This document shows, piece by piece, positions 29,001-42,283 of a stretch of DNA of 64,000 bases. Source of the stretch: Yuukianura sp. NJ FZ-2021 (taxonomy: Eukaryota). The translations under genes were made by a program, and so were the position numbers. The stretch lies in the NCBI GenBank assembly GCA_046563655.1, contig CM102289.1, positions 7,688,001 through 7,752,000 of the forward strand, in the 5' to 3' direction. Positions within the stretch are counted from its first letter, which is position 1. Every line of letters starts with the position of its first letter. A model generated the notes under the pieces. It was not told where the DNA came from. It saw nothing but the letters and a program-made list of their open reading frames with translations, and ran no database searches.

Positions 29001-30182
29001 TGCTCTTCAGTGATTTTGTGTGACGTTATTTCGACTTCAGGAGTCTGGGGAAAGGTGTCGCCGTTGACAACGGTAGCAGATAGTTCCGAGGATTCAGATT
29101 TGATTGATCCAATTACATCTTCGCTTTCGAAAGGATCCGGTTCTGTATCAATTGAGTCATTTTCCAAATCATAAGAAGCAGCATCTGATGGACATGTTTG
29201 GACATCACCATTCAAACCCTCAGTTCCAGCAAATTTTCCACTAACTTCTGATTTTGTAATGTCAGCAGTCTGTTCACATTCTACGTGATTCGTCTTGCCC
29301 TCAGCTTCAATTTCCTTCAATCCATTTTTTATAATGGTGCCTAAAGGTGATTCCTCATCTGAAGCTTTTCCAGAGTCTGTTCCGTAATCTTCACTTTCCA
29401 TCCGAATGTAAATAACATTCAACATTTGACTAAGGGTTCCCTTAGCCGTTGTGCTGTTGATAGACGATTTGCTTGCTAAGTAGATATTGTACACTGTTCG
29501 GATGGTCAGTAGAACAGTTCCTTCATGGATGGAAATGTGTGGTGAAGTGACTATAGTCAAAAGGGCTTTGATGATTTGTAATTGCACGCCTTCATCAGTA
29601 GTTGGGCCGGTGAAACAGGAACAAATTGATTCGACGAGGCGGTTGAGGAGATGTGTCGTGCTGATTATGACTTCGGTGCTGGTGGTGTGGACATCCGCTT
29701 TTGAGTAGTTGTTCCTCAAGTGTCCATATGCAATAAGTTTCTGAAACGATTCTCAACATAAACTAAACTTGAAAAGAAAATTATACACAAATAGGGGTAT
29801 ACCTGCAAGCAGTCAAGAGCAGTACAAACAATTCTTGGACTTCTCGATGTACATGCTTTCTCAAATGGTAAAAAATAATGTTCAGGAATGATGGCTGGTG
29901 TCGATGACGGTGGAAGCGGAAGTGCTGATGGTGTCGGAGAAGGGGATGATCCGGATTCATCTTCAGCCTGTTCAGACCCTTTCTTTAGTTCCTCTAAAAA
30001 CAAATCACAGTTCATCAACTTATGACACAGTAAAACTACATTTTAAATTATATGGCAGTCCTACCCAGCACACTTTCGCAGCTCGCCTTTAGATCCGAGT
30101 GATAAGATTTTCGGATGTCTCGCTCTTTCAAGATCTTTTCTAAGCTCCGTGCTAGAAAGGACTGGAGATTTGCCGATTGCAT
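23018..30182 (-). CDS. ARFGEF: Brefeldin A-inhibited Arf guanine nucleotide exchange factor (BIG1/BIG2/Sec71 type), multi-exon
   Basis: DCB domain (YFLPFEKAC...[25 protein letters not shown]), HUS box (YLNYDCD), Sec7 domain with the glutamic finger [22 protein letters not shown], and HDS motifs ([49 protein letters not shown]). Confidence 0.96.
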
Positions 30183-31044
30183 GTTCACGTTTCGATTTTA
30201 GAACAGAATGTTGTCCTCGCAGATCTAAACAGATCAAGTAAGGTAAAACATAATGTAAAGGTTCAATAAATTGACAAAACACTCATACATATAGAATAGA
30301 AGGTGTCGAGTCGATAAAAACTAGAAATAAAATGACCGTACCTTATCTACACTGGCACGCATACACTGATTCACAGTGCTTAGATTCGATTCACTGACAA
30401 GATGAGTCAATGAAACCCGGTAACTTCAGTTCTGGTTGAACCTTGATTACGAAACCACTAATTACTAACTGGTTAATTACAAATTAATCTAAGATAAGGC
30501 CTGTAACATTTGTAAAAGTGAACTGCTGTCGCGGGTTTATCACTCGTCAAACTCCGTTCGGATTTCCGTTTACTCTCACCTGCTGTTTATGTACTGTCAG
30601 TTTATAGGCTAGGCCAACACTTCAATCTCGAGATTGCGGATTTTGGGGTGCCACCATTCCTCTGAATTAGCAGATTCCGAGAAGTTGTTTGACAGCTTGG
30701 AACAAATGAATGAGTGGACACAATACGTTATCAAGATGTCAGCGTCATCCGGCGTCTGACTCTGACCTGTAGCCTCCAACAACATAAAAAATGGCGACGG
30801 TGACAACATCAAATATACAGGAAAATACTGGAGCCGCTTGTAGTTTTGCAAGTTGCTGGGTTTGAGATTGGATTTGCAAGTTGACTTGAAATATCCCTTT
30901 TTAATGATACTGATCTTGTAACGATTAACAAACTATGATGGTTAGGGTATCACAAATGAAGTTTTAGTAGAAACCACTATAAATAAACTGTTTATAATTT
31001 AAAAAAGAGGAAAGATGTGTTGCATTTTAAGTGATACAAATTGT

Positions 31045-32319
<1,275 letters not shown>

Positions 32320-33218
32320 CACAGTGTGAAGAATTTCAGAAAATGGAATGAAGTGTGTCCCTGAAAATAATCAGAGTAATTAAAATTACAACATACATGA
32401 TATGTAGTTCATGACATAATATCCTTTAAAATGTAGATAATACCTGAAATGTATCAATGCCGCCGCTGTATACAAAATAAATTGAAATGTACCGTTAACA
32501 GGTAGTACTTGAACAGGCTATGAAATATCCACGCGATCCAACTAAAGTCTGACAGAGCAATCTGGTTCGGTGTCTACGTTCTCACAACCTGTGTAGAAAA
32601 CAGCTGTTTAATGTCACTTTCCGAAATTATCTGCTAACAATACCGTTTCTGTTAATTGCTTACCGGGATACGCTCAGCGAGACAAATGTGTTAAGAACCT
32701 GTCTGATACAAGTCTAACTAACCAGTTAACCGGGCTACCCCAATGGTCTTCTCTTGATGAGCTTTCTAGTAGCGGTATTAAATCAATCGATTACTCACTA
32801 ACAAAATTTGGAGAAAAAAGAAAGAAAAAACCTCATTTCTCTGCCTATCCAGACAGATGTCATACGTCGGCATTCAAACTATCACTCAGCTTTTGTCTCC
32901 GCTCCACTCCACGTCATTACTTTTACTCGCCAGTTCTTGCATTTTACTTAACAAATTTTCCAGTTTATTGCCAATTAACTAACAATTAATTGAAAATTAA
33001 TTAACAGCACTATATGATACGCTTACGGCAATGGCGGTAAATCAACCATGTTGGACGACAAGTACCCCGGCAAAAAAAAATTAGTAACGATCTTGATCAA
33101 CTGTTTTCTAATAACTGAATTTTATATAATTGAAACCAATTACAGTACATGAAGTGTGTTAAGATAAATTAAGTTATTATAATATTACAGTTGAATTCGC
33201 GTCTAGGAAAGTTGTTAG

Positions 33219-35654
33219 TTAAATTGCAGTTCGAAATATTCGCATAAATCCTGGAAGTTGTTCTCTGAGCGGTGTAAAAATTTCTTTTTGAAATAATTCC
33301 AGAGGTGGTGACGTATACTGTTGAATTCGGATTGCCGAATGCCATTCTGCCAAAGTTCTAAAATGGAGGACATGTATCATTTTCCGACACGGGAATTCAT
33401 CAGTGACGGGATGTGTCCAGTCTTTTTCAAGTTTGAGTAGTTGAGTCAAGTCTCCCAGGCCAACACCAATGAAAATTATGCTCAGCGGTAACTTGGCCAG
33501 GTTTAGTATCACCTACAGTCGGCAAGAAAAGTCAATCTTCGGTCTCAACAAATTATAAATTTTCTTTGAAAATTTTACTTTCATAACGGGTTCGACGTCT
33601 GATATTTGTCCATCCGTGAATATGAATACAATATGGTAGTCAAAAGCGTCGGCTCGGAAGGTGACAAGGGAAGAGATATCGTTGAGCACTGGAGCGAGGA
33701 GACAATTTTGCGAATTTTGTCCAGCGGCAGACAGGGACCCAATTCTGTTTCTGCTGCTGTCCATTGCGTTCATGACTTGCGCTCCTTCCAGTGCATCTCT
33801 GCAAAATTCCAGCGATTACGGTAACCGGATAACGGTCAAGAATCATGTTCAGCGCTTGTCTTACTTGTAATTGGCTAGCAGAGTTTGAACATGATTGTCC
33901 TCTCCGAACGTTGTGATGTAGTGTTCTTTAAGCGTATTTCCAAATCCAATGAAAACTGAGTCTCCATTTGCAGCGTCGCCTACTGCCGTTGCAGTCATGA
34001 TAATGGCTTCCTCGTAGGCCGTTCTGCCACAGTCCCTTTCGTGAAGCGATTGACGCTGATGGACTTGGACGTTCCAATTGGAAGCTGGAATTCAAAAAAA
34101 TTTAGCTTACGACTATTATTTGCAAAATTTTGAAATTTTGAAAATTTCGTTACAGGAGTAGTCCACAGCATAGATTCGACGCAGTGTCAATCCCTTGTTC
34201 AAGTAGTAGTGAAATGGATGCAAAGGTACTTCATGGCAGAGTGGAGCATATAAGCAGATTTTGTTTGAAATCTGTTCAGAACATTGAAAACACATTTTCA
34301 AAATTTCTTAAATATTTTTCAAAACGTCAGAAATGTAAATTTACTTTTCCGTCAGGCCTCGTAATAGGAATGACAAGCTCTCGTTCTATCAGCATTTTTC
34401 TGGAAACAAAGCAATTTCTTGTTGAAATTTTTAAGTGTTGTCTGTCATATTGGAATTTTGAAATGTATGTATTGAAATTTTGTCAAAGAATTTGTAAAGC
34501 GTTACCTCAAATTTGTTAGTGCGAATCCTCTAGGCATGTTGGGGTGATCCGCCTGATACACTTCCAGCTTGATGACTCTTCCCATGTCTCCGTTACAAAT
34601 TCTAGCTACTGGCAGAACGATGTGATTCCAACAATCATCCTCCCCACCAGCATGATTAATCAATTCACTTCTATGAACTAGTGTATAGGGATGTGAAATT
34701 TCAAATAACGTTTGATCATTCAGTTTGTACATTTCAAAGTAGTAGGGAAACACGGCTGGGCGGAAGAAACATTTTGGAGAACTTCGACGTAAACCTAGTT
34801 TAAGAATTACCTGGAAACATGTTCAATTTTGTTAAAAAACTTATCAAAAAATTAAAATATTTTTAAAATTGGGTTTACAAGTACCGTGTAGTCGAATGTT
34901 TTGAGAATTTCAGCTCGAATGAAAAGGCGACCAAGCTGAATAACATTTCTGTATCTACTGGACCTCTGTTTGTAGGGTTCAGTGAGTGGGGCAACGGGCA
35001 GTTCCAGCCCAGTTGACCCCGAACTCAAAAGTCGATCGAGTTTGACCTCAACGCTTCCCAGAAGTGCTGAATGAATTGAGTCTTCGTGAAAGACGTCATG
35101 AACTTCAAATTTTATGAGAATGGCTCCGCTGTCTTGATTTTCAAATTGGAAGCAGAGCTACAAAAATATGACCAAATAGAAAATTTTTAAATTAAAAAGG
35201 TTGAAATATTTTTGTCCAAAAATTTGTTTTCACCTTTGTTGAAAATATCGGACTTTTTTCCCTAAAAACTGTTTCGGTTGTACACTTTTCAACCCACTGA
35301 AGTGATCCTGAAAATTTAGAACGTATATGATAAATTAACTAATTCAAATTCAAATTCAACAGTTAATTACTTGTTAATTACCAGGAGGTCGCAGGAAGGC
35401 CACAATTTTCCTAGCAACGCTTTTCCTCGATGTTTTCACTGGACAATTATCCTTGGCCGAGAAGTGGTAGTCAACGTTTCTAAATAAAAATTGATAACAT
35501 TTTCAAGTTCTGAATGTTAGTAATTTCGAAAACCAAAATGAATTTGCTTTGTAACAGACCTTAACGCTAAAAAAATTTCGACAGTAGTTGAGTACGCCGG
35601 CCAAATTTCGTTGTAAGCTTCAGGAACTACTACATCACCCGGTAGCGTACCCAT
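33219..35654 (-). CDS. Divergent copine-family protein (C2A-C2B-vWA), multi-exon
   Basis: STTVEIFLALRN, WVEKCTTETVFREKSPIFSTK, IKFEVHDV, LVHRSELI...ICNGDMGRVIKLEVY, YAVDYSSSN, YHIVFIFTDGQISD and AKLPLSIIFIGVG follow the copine layout. Confidence 0.85.
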
Positions 35655-36842
35655 TTCTTATGTACAAACACTTTGATATTTTCAAATTGCTGCTACAAAT
35701 TCTCCATGATTCTACAACCACATTGAGCTGGAAGATCGCTTTTGATCAATTTCCTGTTCTAAGCATAACTCAAAAGCGTTCAACACTACTTTCACAAACA
35801 CTTTTTACTTTTTTCTAAACATTTTGAAAACAATTGGCCTGTGTAGCTGAAACTAATCAAAAAAAACTAGTAAGTAGGTATTATGTTGATAGGTCAAGGA
35901 TTCAGACAAGTATCTTTTGAAGGAAAAGAGATACAGGAGCGATTTCCTGGAACAAAGTATTGATCTACTTTCTCCCCACTTTCACTTGCACCAAACACAC
36001 CTTTCCCTTTCAAAATGTAAACTTTACACTTCCAGGATACTTCCAGCAGACCAAAAATACTCCAGATTCCCAGCAACCAACGAACCAGTCCAATTCACAC
36101 CGAAAACTTACTTTCCAACCGCATTCCAATCTTAAGTTTGCGCTTTCTAAAAAGAACTGTATCATTTGCAGTATGTAATGACAATGAGTATCCTACTTTA
36201 AGCTTTACTTTAAGCTAAACTTTCAGCTTAAATGCTGCTCAACTATAATATGCAATAAGATGTACATGAATACGGCATATGATTTACGTTAACCTAACGT
36301 TTATACCTATGATACCCAATATTGTAGTTTAGGTAATTCTTGAACCAACATTCAAGGACAATGTACTAAGAGTTGCTTGCAAAAATTTATCAGGTTTGAA
36401 TAATACTAAATACATAACATTATATTACGTAATCCTAAGTTTTAAAAAATTTACATGTAGATTAATTTCCTATTCTCATTAAATTTATTTGTTGTTACAA
36501 TACGGGTTGTTGTTGTAAAGATGTTGATGGTAAAACTTTCCTGTACTCAAAACCGGGAGAAATTTTAGTCGAATTTAGTAATTAAAAGAAAAACAAGCAA
36601 AGTAAATATTTAGACAAAACATTAAATTAATTGGTTTACTTTACAGTATTTTTCAATTAATTAGTAAAAAACGTGTTGGACAAAGCCAACGTTCAAGTAA
36701 AACTACACAAACTTGCTTTCAACTGATTACCAACTTACCAAGTAGTACGTAAGTTTTGTGCATTTTGAAAATTCACGGAATATTTATGAGAACTTAATAT
36801 AATATTGTTATTTTTATTTTGTTTAACGTAGGTAACGCAGGA

Positions 36843-38579
36843 ATGCGAGAGGTACAATTTATTCGGGGTTTCAGTCAAGGGAACATTTACTCTACGTCAA
36901 GATTTGGAAAAGTCACACTTACGGCTTCTGGAAATTATGGCAGAGTACTGGCCCACGTAAATTCTACTACGCTGCTTGAATTGTCCCTTTCCAGTATACC
37001 ACGTAAGATTGAACTTAAGTTTGTACGTTAGTTTAATTGCAATAGCTAGTTTCAATTAATTTTGTTTCCAGACGGGTCGGATATACTTGCCATCGATACT
37101 ACCCAGGATGAACACCACATAATTGCAGTCACATTCATTCAGGTTAGATTCATACATTTTGCTGTAGTCAATGTCGTAAGCCGTATCATCACATGATACT
37201 CTTAAATGTCTAATTCCAGTCAACGCAAATGGGAATAGAAGAAATGAGAACTCCGTATATGAATTTCTACGCCGTTTGGAATCCAGAATCCCACGAAGGA
37301 ACTCCGAATGTATCAACGTCTTCGTCTTCCAGAACTTCAGATTCAAGTCTAACGTCTAAATCCTCCGCATCTTCAACAACAATGCGAATCAGGAACCTGT
37401 CCAGAGACAACTTTCATCTACGTCCATTGGAAGCCATTGGACAAAAGTGCGTTCAGTTCAAGCTAAACTTCATTCCATACCACTTGTCACACCTCCGGGT
37501 TCAAACTGCTACTGGAACACATGTAAAACGACAGACTAACGATTATGTATAAAATTTTGATTATTATATTCCGGCTGTTTCAGGAAACATTGTTTCTGCT
37601 AACTGGCTCCGATTGTCGCATTCACGCTTACAAACCAACTCCAGAAACGGAAAGCTTTACACAAGTCCCCATACATGTCCACTTTCCTGAACTACATGGT
37701 ATCTTTCCAGCAGTTGTCACCAGACTTAAAATTGTCAACCTTCCAGATCCAAATACACGTCTCACACTTTGTGGATGCGAAGATGGGCACTTACGGAGTT
37801 TCATAACGTCCAAATCAGAAATCATCCGAACTTTAACCCAGTTACCCATGATTTACTACAAGAAAAAGTCCAGTGCAGAATCAGACAGAGTCTTTGACGA
37901 AGCAGAGGAAGATAAGTCATCTGAAGATGAAAAGGCCGAGAAGAAAGTCGGGAGCAGAAATTCCTTGGAATCCATGTCATACTTAAACGATGACATGGAC
38001 TTTGGTCCATTTGTTCAAAGAGTCACAACTAATTTTGAGGGAATGATTACTGCAATTGAACCGTACTGGAACGGCTCTACGCTGAATGTCGTCGTGTCGT
38101 CAGCAAATTCACCAGTCTATGTTTTCACGTAAGAATTTTGAAATTAGCTAACGTACTAGTAGGTTTGGTTTTTACTGATTTTTTTATTTCAATTAGCGAT
38201 CCAGTGAATGAATCTTTCCAGAAAGGACTATCGCTTAAATTCAGTTCAAGGTGGGACGCTGTTCAAGCTCTTTGTGTTGCTGATGTGGATTTTGACGGGG
38301 AATTTGAAATCGTCATTGGAACGTTTGGCTGCGTACGTTGTTCATTCGAAAAAAAAAAACACAGCTAAAGCCTTCAGCCGGAATAATGAACTGTTTCAAT
38401 TTTAGACGCTGATCATGTACAAATTCATGGACGAAATTGGCCAGTGGGTGATCGTAGCCTTTCATAAAGTTTCCAGTGCCATTTTTGCTGTTGAATTCGT
38501 GGATTCTAACCTCTCTGTGATTACATCAAGTGGCCTCCATGTTATTGATTGTTCTCCTAGTAAAGATGAGGACTGTTAA
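36843..38579 (+). CDS. KPTN: Kaptin (KICSTOR complex subunit), multi-exon
   Basis: FSQGNIY, IPHGSDILAID, PYMNFY, EAIGQKCVQFKLNFIPYHLSH, ETLFLLTGSD, FPEL, LCGCEDGHLR and ADVDFDGEFEIVIGTFG parallel conserved kaptin blocks. Confidence 0.85.
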
Positions 38580-39420
38580 TTTGGAATACAAAAAAAACGT
38601 CGACATTGTAAGTCATTAACATGTACAGAAAATATAAAAAACTTAAATCGCATAAAAATCGGTTGTCGTTGTTCAGCAATTGGTGAAGTTTTTCTGTTCT
38701 GCAAAAGTGCTAAACTCTGCAAACTTTCAAGAAGATGACAATTTTCATGGTAAATTCAAGTTTAGAGATGAGCACGTTTCCCATCACGGTCTCTATTTCA
38801 TGAGATCCACCAAAGTAATTAGTTTCGGTAGAGAAAATACCATGATGGTCTGAAATGGTTAAACAAAGCATTTCAAATTGGGACAAAATACGGGATGTCA
38901 TGGCTAGGCTTTTGATGTCTTTTTTTTCTGTGTAGTTTTTTACATGTAGAAAAAAGTCAACATTAATTTACTAAATTCTCATCACGACTGCTGCATATAA
39001 CCACCACAACCGCACGCTTTCTCTTAAAGTAAATTTGTCTAACAGGATTTCTAGGTTAGATTATTGACATTGATGTACAACGGTACTTCAAGATGCAAAA
39101 AATGGTGCTAACATCTCTGGCATGTCACAGTTTGATGTTGCCTACTTTACTGTCAGTCTGCTCAAAATTTTGTGAATCGAAGCAGTGGAGACTGCGTGTC
39201 TCAGCGTTATTGATTTTTAGTACAAACGTCACGTTCTTTTTAGCCCACGCAATTAAGGCTTTGAACTGTGGTGAAAGTTTACTTTCTCCTGGACAAATCC
39301 TGTCCAACATACGGACACAAATTCCGGAGTTACATTCTTTTCAATGCAGTAACATTCAAGATTGGCGATAAAGTTTTTCAATTGCTGCCGACATTTGATT
39401 TGACATTTGTATTTCGAAAG

Positions 39421-41815
39421 ATGTCACGCAAATTTCTGCTAGCGTTTTGCGTTCAACAGTTTCTGTGGAATTGGAATTTCGTTTTGGTCAATGGATTTGA
39501 GAAAGAGTCGTTTTCAATTTCTATGCCGAATGTTCAACCTACGAAGGTAAGTGAATCTAAAAATCAATTTCAATTAAAAAAAATGAAATAATTTCAAAAT
39601 TTTGTTTTTGAAATAATAGCCAGAATCATATCTGTGTACTCCAGTTCGAGTAGATCCATCGCAGGAGTATTATATAGGTAAGAAAATGTTTAACATTTAA
39701 TGCATCCTTTAATTTTCAAGTTTTAGAATAATGTTTCGAAGAAATTTTCAGAAAATTTTGAAAAATTAACTTAACTGTTTTTACAGTGGGATTTGAGCCA
39801 AACGCTACAATGTAAGTTGACTATACAAACTACTAGTTAACTAATTTCGAATTATACATCGTATTAATACATAACAGATAGTAATTACATTTTAATTACC
39901 AGTGAATTTCTTTCACACAACATTATAATCAAAAATTATGTAAACGATTTGGTATTTCACCGAATCGGACGCTTAAAATTTTGGTTCACGTACTACAGCA
40001 TTGGCATCTTCCTGGACCACCATAGTTTCCGCGTACCATTCCACGTCCAGTACAAAGATTGCTACAAATTTCCTGACTTCCTGGATAAAGTATTTGTAGG
40101 TTTCCGCCCAAGTCGTAGCACCAAGAATCCACGCAATCCAAAACCAGCAGTATGGAAACCAATGCCACAAAAATTTTGACGCTTGAACTAAATTTCGCCA
40201 TTTTTCGTAGAAGAAATTTAACCTCAACCAAAATTTTCTGTTTCTTCACAAAAATTTGCAACTGACTGAAACTCTTGTGATTTATATGAGCATCAATCGT
40301 CAATTGACTAAATTTTTTCCAGGAAAAACCACATCACATCCTCTTTTGCGCTTCAAATGTTGATTAGTTCGCAGTGTAAACTTTGAATTGATTAAAAATT
40401 CATGGAAAAAGTAGTGAATCATGTTGGAAAATAAATGTAATTTCGACTATTTGTATATTTTTTTACAGGGATGTGGCTCATCACATGCTTCTGTACGGAT
40501 GTGAAGAGCCAGGTCAGAAGGAAGATGTGTACAATTGCAATGAAATGGCGTCGGCCAATGAACCTGGTCTTAAGACTGCAAATCCATGTGGAAAGGGGAC
40601 AAAGATCATCTACGCATGGGCAAGAGATGCACCGCAGTTGCAGCTTCCGGAGGGCGTCGGATTCAAAGTCGGTGGAAACACTGAAATTCAGTACCTTGTT
40701 CTACAAGTTCATTATGCTGATGTCTCCACATTTGTGGAAGGTGATTAAATTTTGGAAATTTAAAATTGTTTGAAATATGAAAAAAAATGAAAAATATATT
40801 TTCTAACTTTGCAGGAGGAAATACTGATGCTTCTGGAGTGTCACTGATTTATACTGAAACTCCGTAAGCCAATCCTTGTCTTGCTTCAATGTCAGAGGCT
40901 AATTGTGAATGTGTGATTCGTTTGACCTTGAGTTTGACCTCAACCTTCATTGTTAGTAATTCAATGTATTGTTTCTAGGCAACCGAAAGCCGCTGGTGTA
41001 TATTTTCTCGGAACGAATGGATTTATTCCGCCGAAAAGTACAGAGTACATGGAGGCTGCTTGCAGAATAAACGAAGACGTCGTTCTACATCCATTTGCAT
41101 TCAGGGTACACACGCATTCGCTAGGTAAATGTTGGTTTTGATCACTAAAATGAGCGGGAAAATTTTAAAAATTCAATAGAGTTTTGAATGTCACTTTTGT
41201 TTGAACAGGACGCGTAGTCTCGGGATACCGTGTCAGACGAGGCATTGGTGGCGGTGGTGATAAATGGCAACTAATTGGCAAGAAAAATGTAAGTGGGACG
41301 TTGAAATTAGCAGCAACGAAGAAAGTTATTTGCGTTCTCATTAATTTTCACTTTTTAATTTTTTGATTTGTAGCCCATGAGACCTCAAATGTTTTACCCT
41401 GTCGAAACTGAAATGACGATCAAGAAGGGCGACATATTGGTAAAAACAAAATTTGATCGGCTTTTTGGAAATTTTGAAACTGTGGAAGTGAAAGTTTCGA
41501 TCAACAGTTTCTGGAATATTTTTAGGCATCGAGATGCACCATGGTCAGTGACAGGTTCAGATTCACAAGAGTCGGGTACTAAAAATTTCTTTCTAGATTT
41601 TAAAAATTTAAGTTTCTAAATTCCTAAAAAATTATTTTTTTGGTAGTGCTACAAATGAGGATGAAATGTGTAACTTCTACATAATGTACTGGATGCATGG
41701 AGATCAACCATTCAAAGAGAGGCACTGTTTTACTATGGGACCACCGATTTACCGGTGGGGCCGTGGTGGCTTACCGTTGAGCAACATTCCGGACAAAGAC
41801 GCATCATCAATTTGA
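39421..41815 (+). CDS. Phm: Peptidylglycine alpha-hydroxylating monooxygenase (monofunctional PHM), multi-exon
   Basis: Signal peptide, then MPNVQPT and YLCTPVRV. Copper ligands lie in AHHMLLYGC, LQVHY, FRVHTHSLG and DEMCNFYIMY; also IYAWARDAP and PQMFYP. The frame stops after the PHM domain, so there is no PAL domain. Confidence 0.95.
39986..40201 (-). CDS. Secreted cysteine-rich defensin/drosomycin-like peptide (71 aa precursor) nested antisense in a PHM intron
   Basis: Single-exon ORF MAKFSSSVKIFVALVSILLVLDCVDS-WCYDLGGNLQILYPGSQEICSNLCTGRGMVRGNYGGPGRCQCCST. It has a hydrophobic signal peptide and a 6-Cys mature region with CxxxC and CxC motifs. It lies wholly inside the PHM intron at about 39812-40468. 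Confidence 0.75.
   Translation of the reverse strand: MAKFSSSVKIFVALVSILLVLDCVDSWCYDLGGNLQILYPGSQEICSNLCTGRGMVRGNYGGPGRCQCCST
40260..40407 (-). promoter_or_regulatory. Putative promoter of the nested peptide gene: TATA, Inr-like, STAT-like and kB-like motifs
   Basis: On the minus strand, TATAAA at 40281-40286 and TCAGTT at 40260-40265. TTCN3GAA motifs occur at 40317-40325 (TTCCAGGAA) and 40399-40407 (TTCATGGAA). GGAAAAACC is at 40322-40330. Confidence 0.4.
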
Positions 41816-42283
41816 AATTGGAATTGAACTAACAAGTATTTATTCTCCTCTTTTCCAAATATTATTTTCCACTCACAAAGCATAGATGAAATGGATGTGT
41901 ACAATTTTTCCTGTTTACCGAGATACTGCAGCTCTCCTAATTAGTTTCATACGGTGCTATTCACACTTTGCTAACATTTTAGTGTTATTTACTTATTTTT
42001 TTTATAATTATCTATAGACGAAAATATTATATTCACCAGCACTATCAATTTCATCGAATTCTTCCCTCTAACAGTATTAAAAGCTAGCATATTATACATA
42101 GCTCGGAACATTTTTCCTGAAGTACGCAAACATTGTCAGTCTAATGTTCTCCAAAAAGAATAAAATTTTTATTTTGTTTCGAATTTCTGAAGCATTTTGA
42201 AAACCAAACGTTGTAGCCACAATTTTGAATTGATTTGAATTAATTTACTTTTGATTTTGGAAATGACTTGAAATTTGTCATTT

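Noticed and set aside
28701..29174. 157-aa Ser-rich plus-strand ORF
   Set aside because: It is the antisense shadow of the acidic linker exon of the BIG Arf-GEF and has no independent gene signals.
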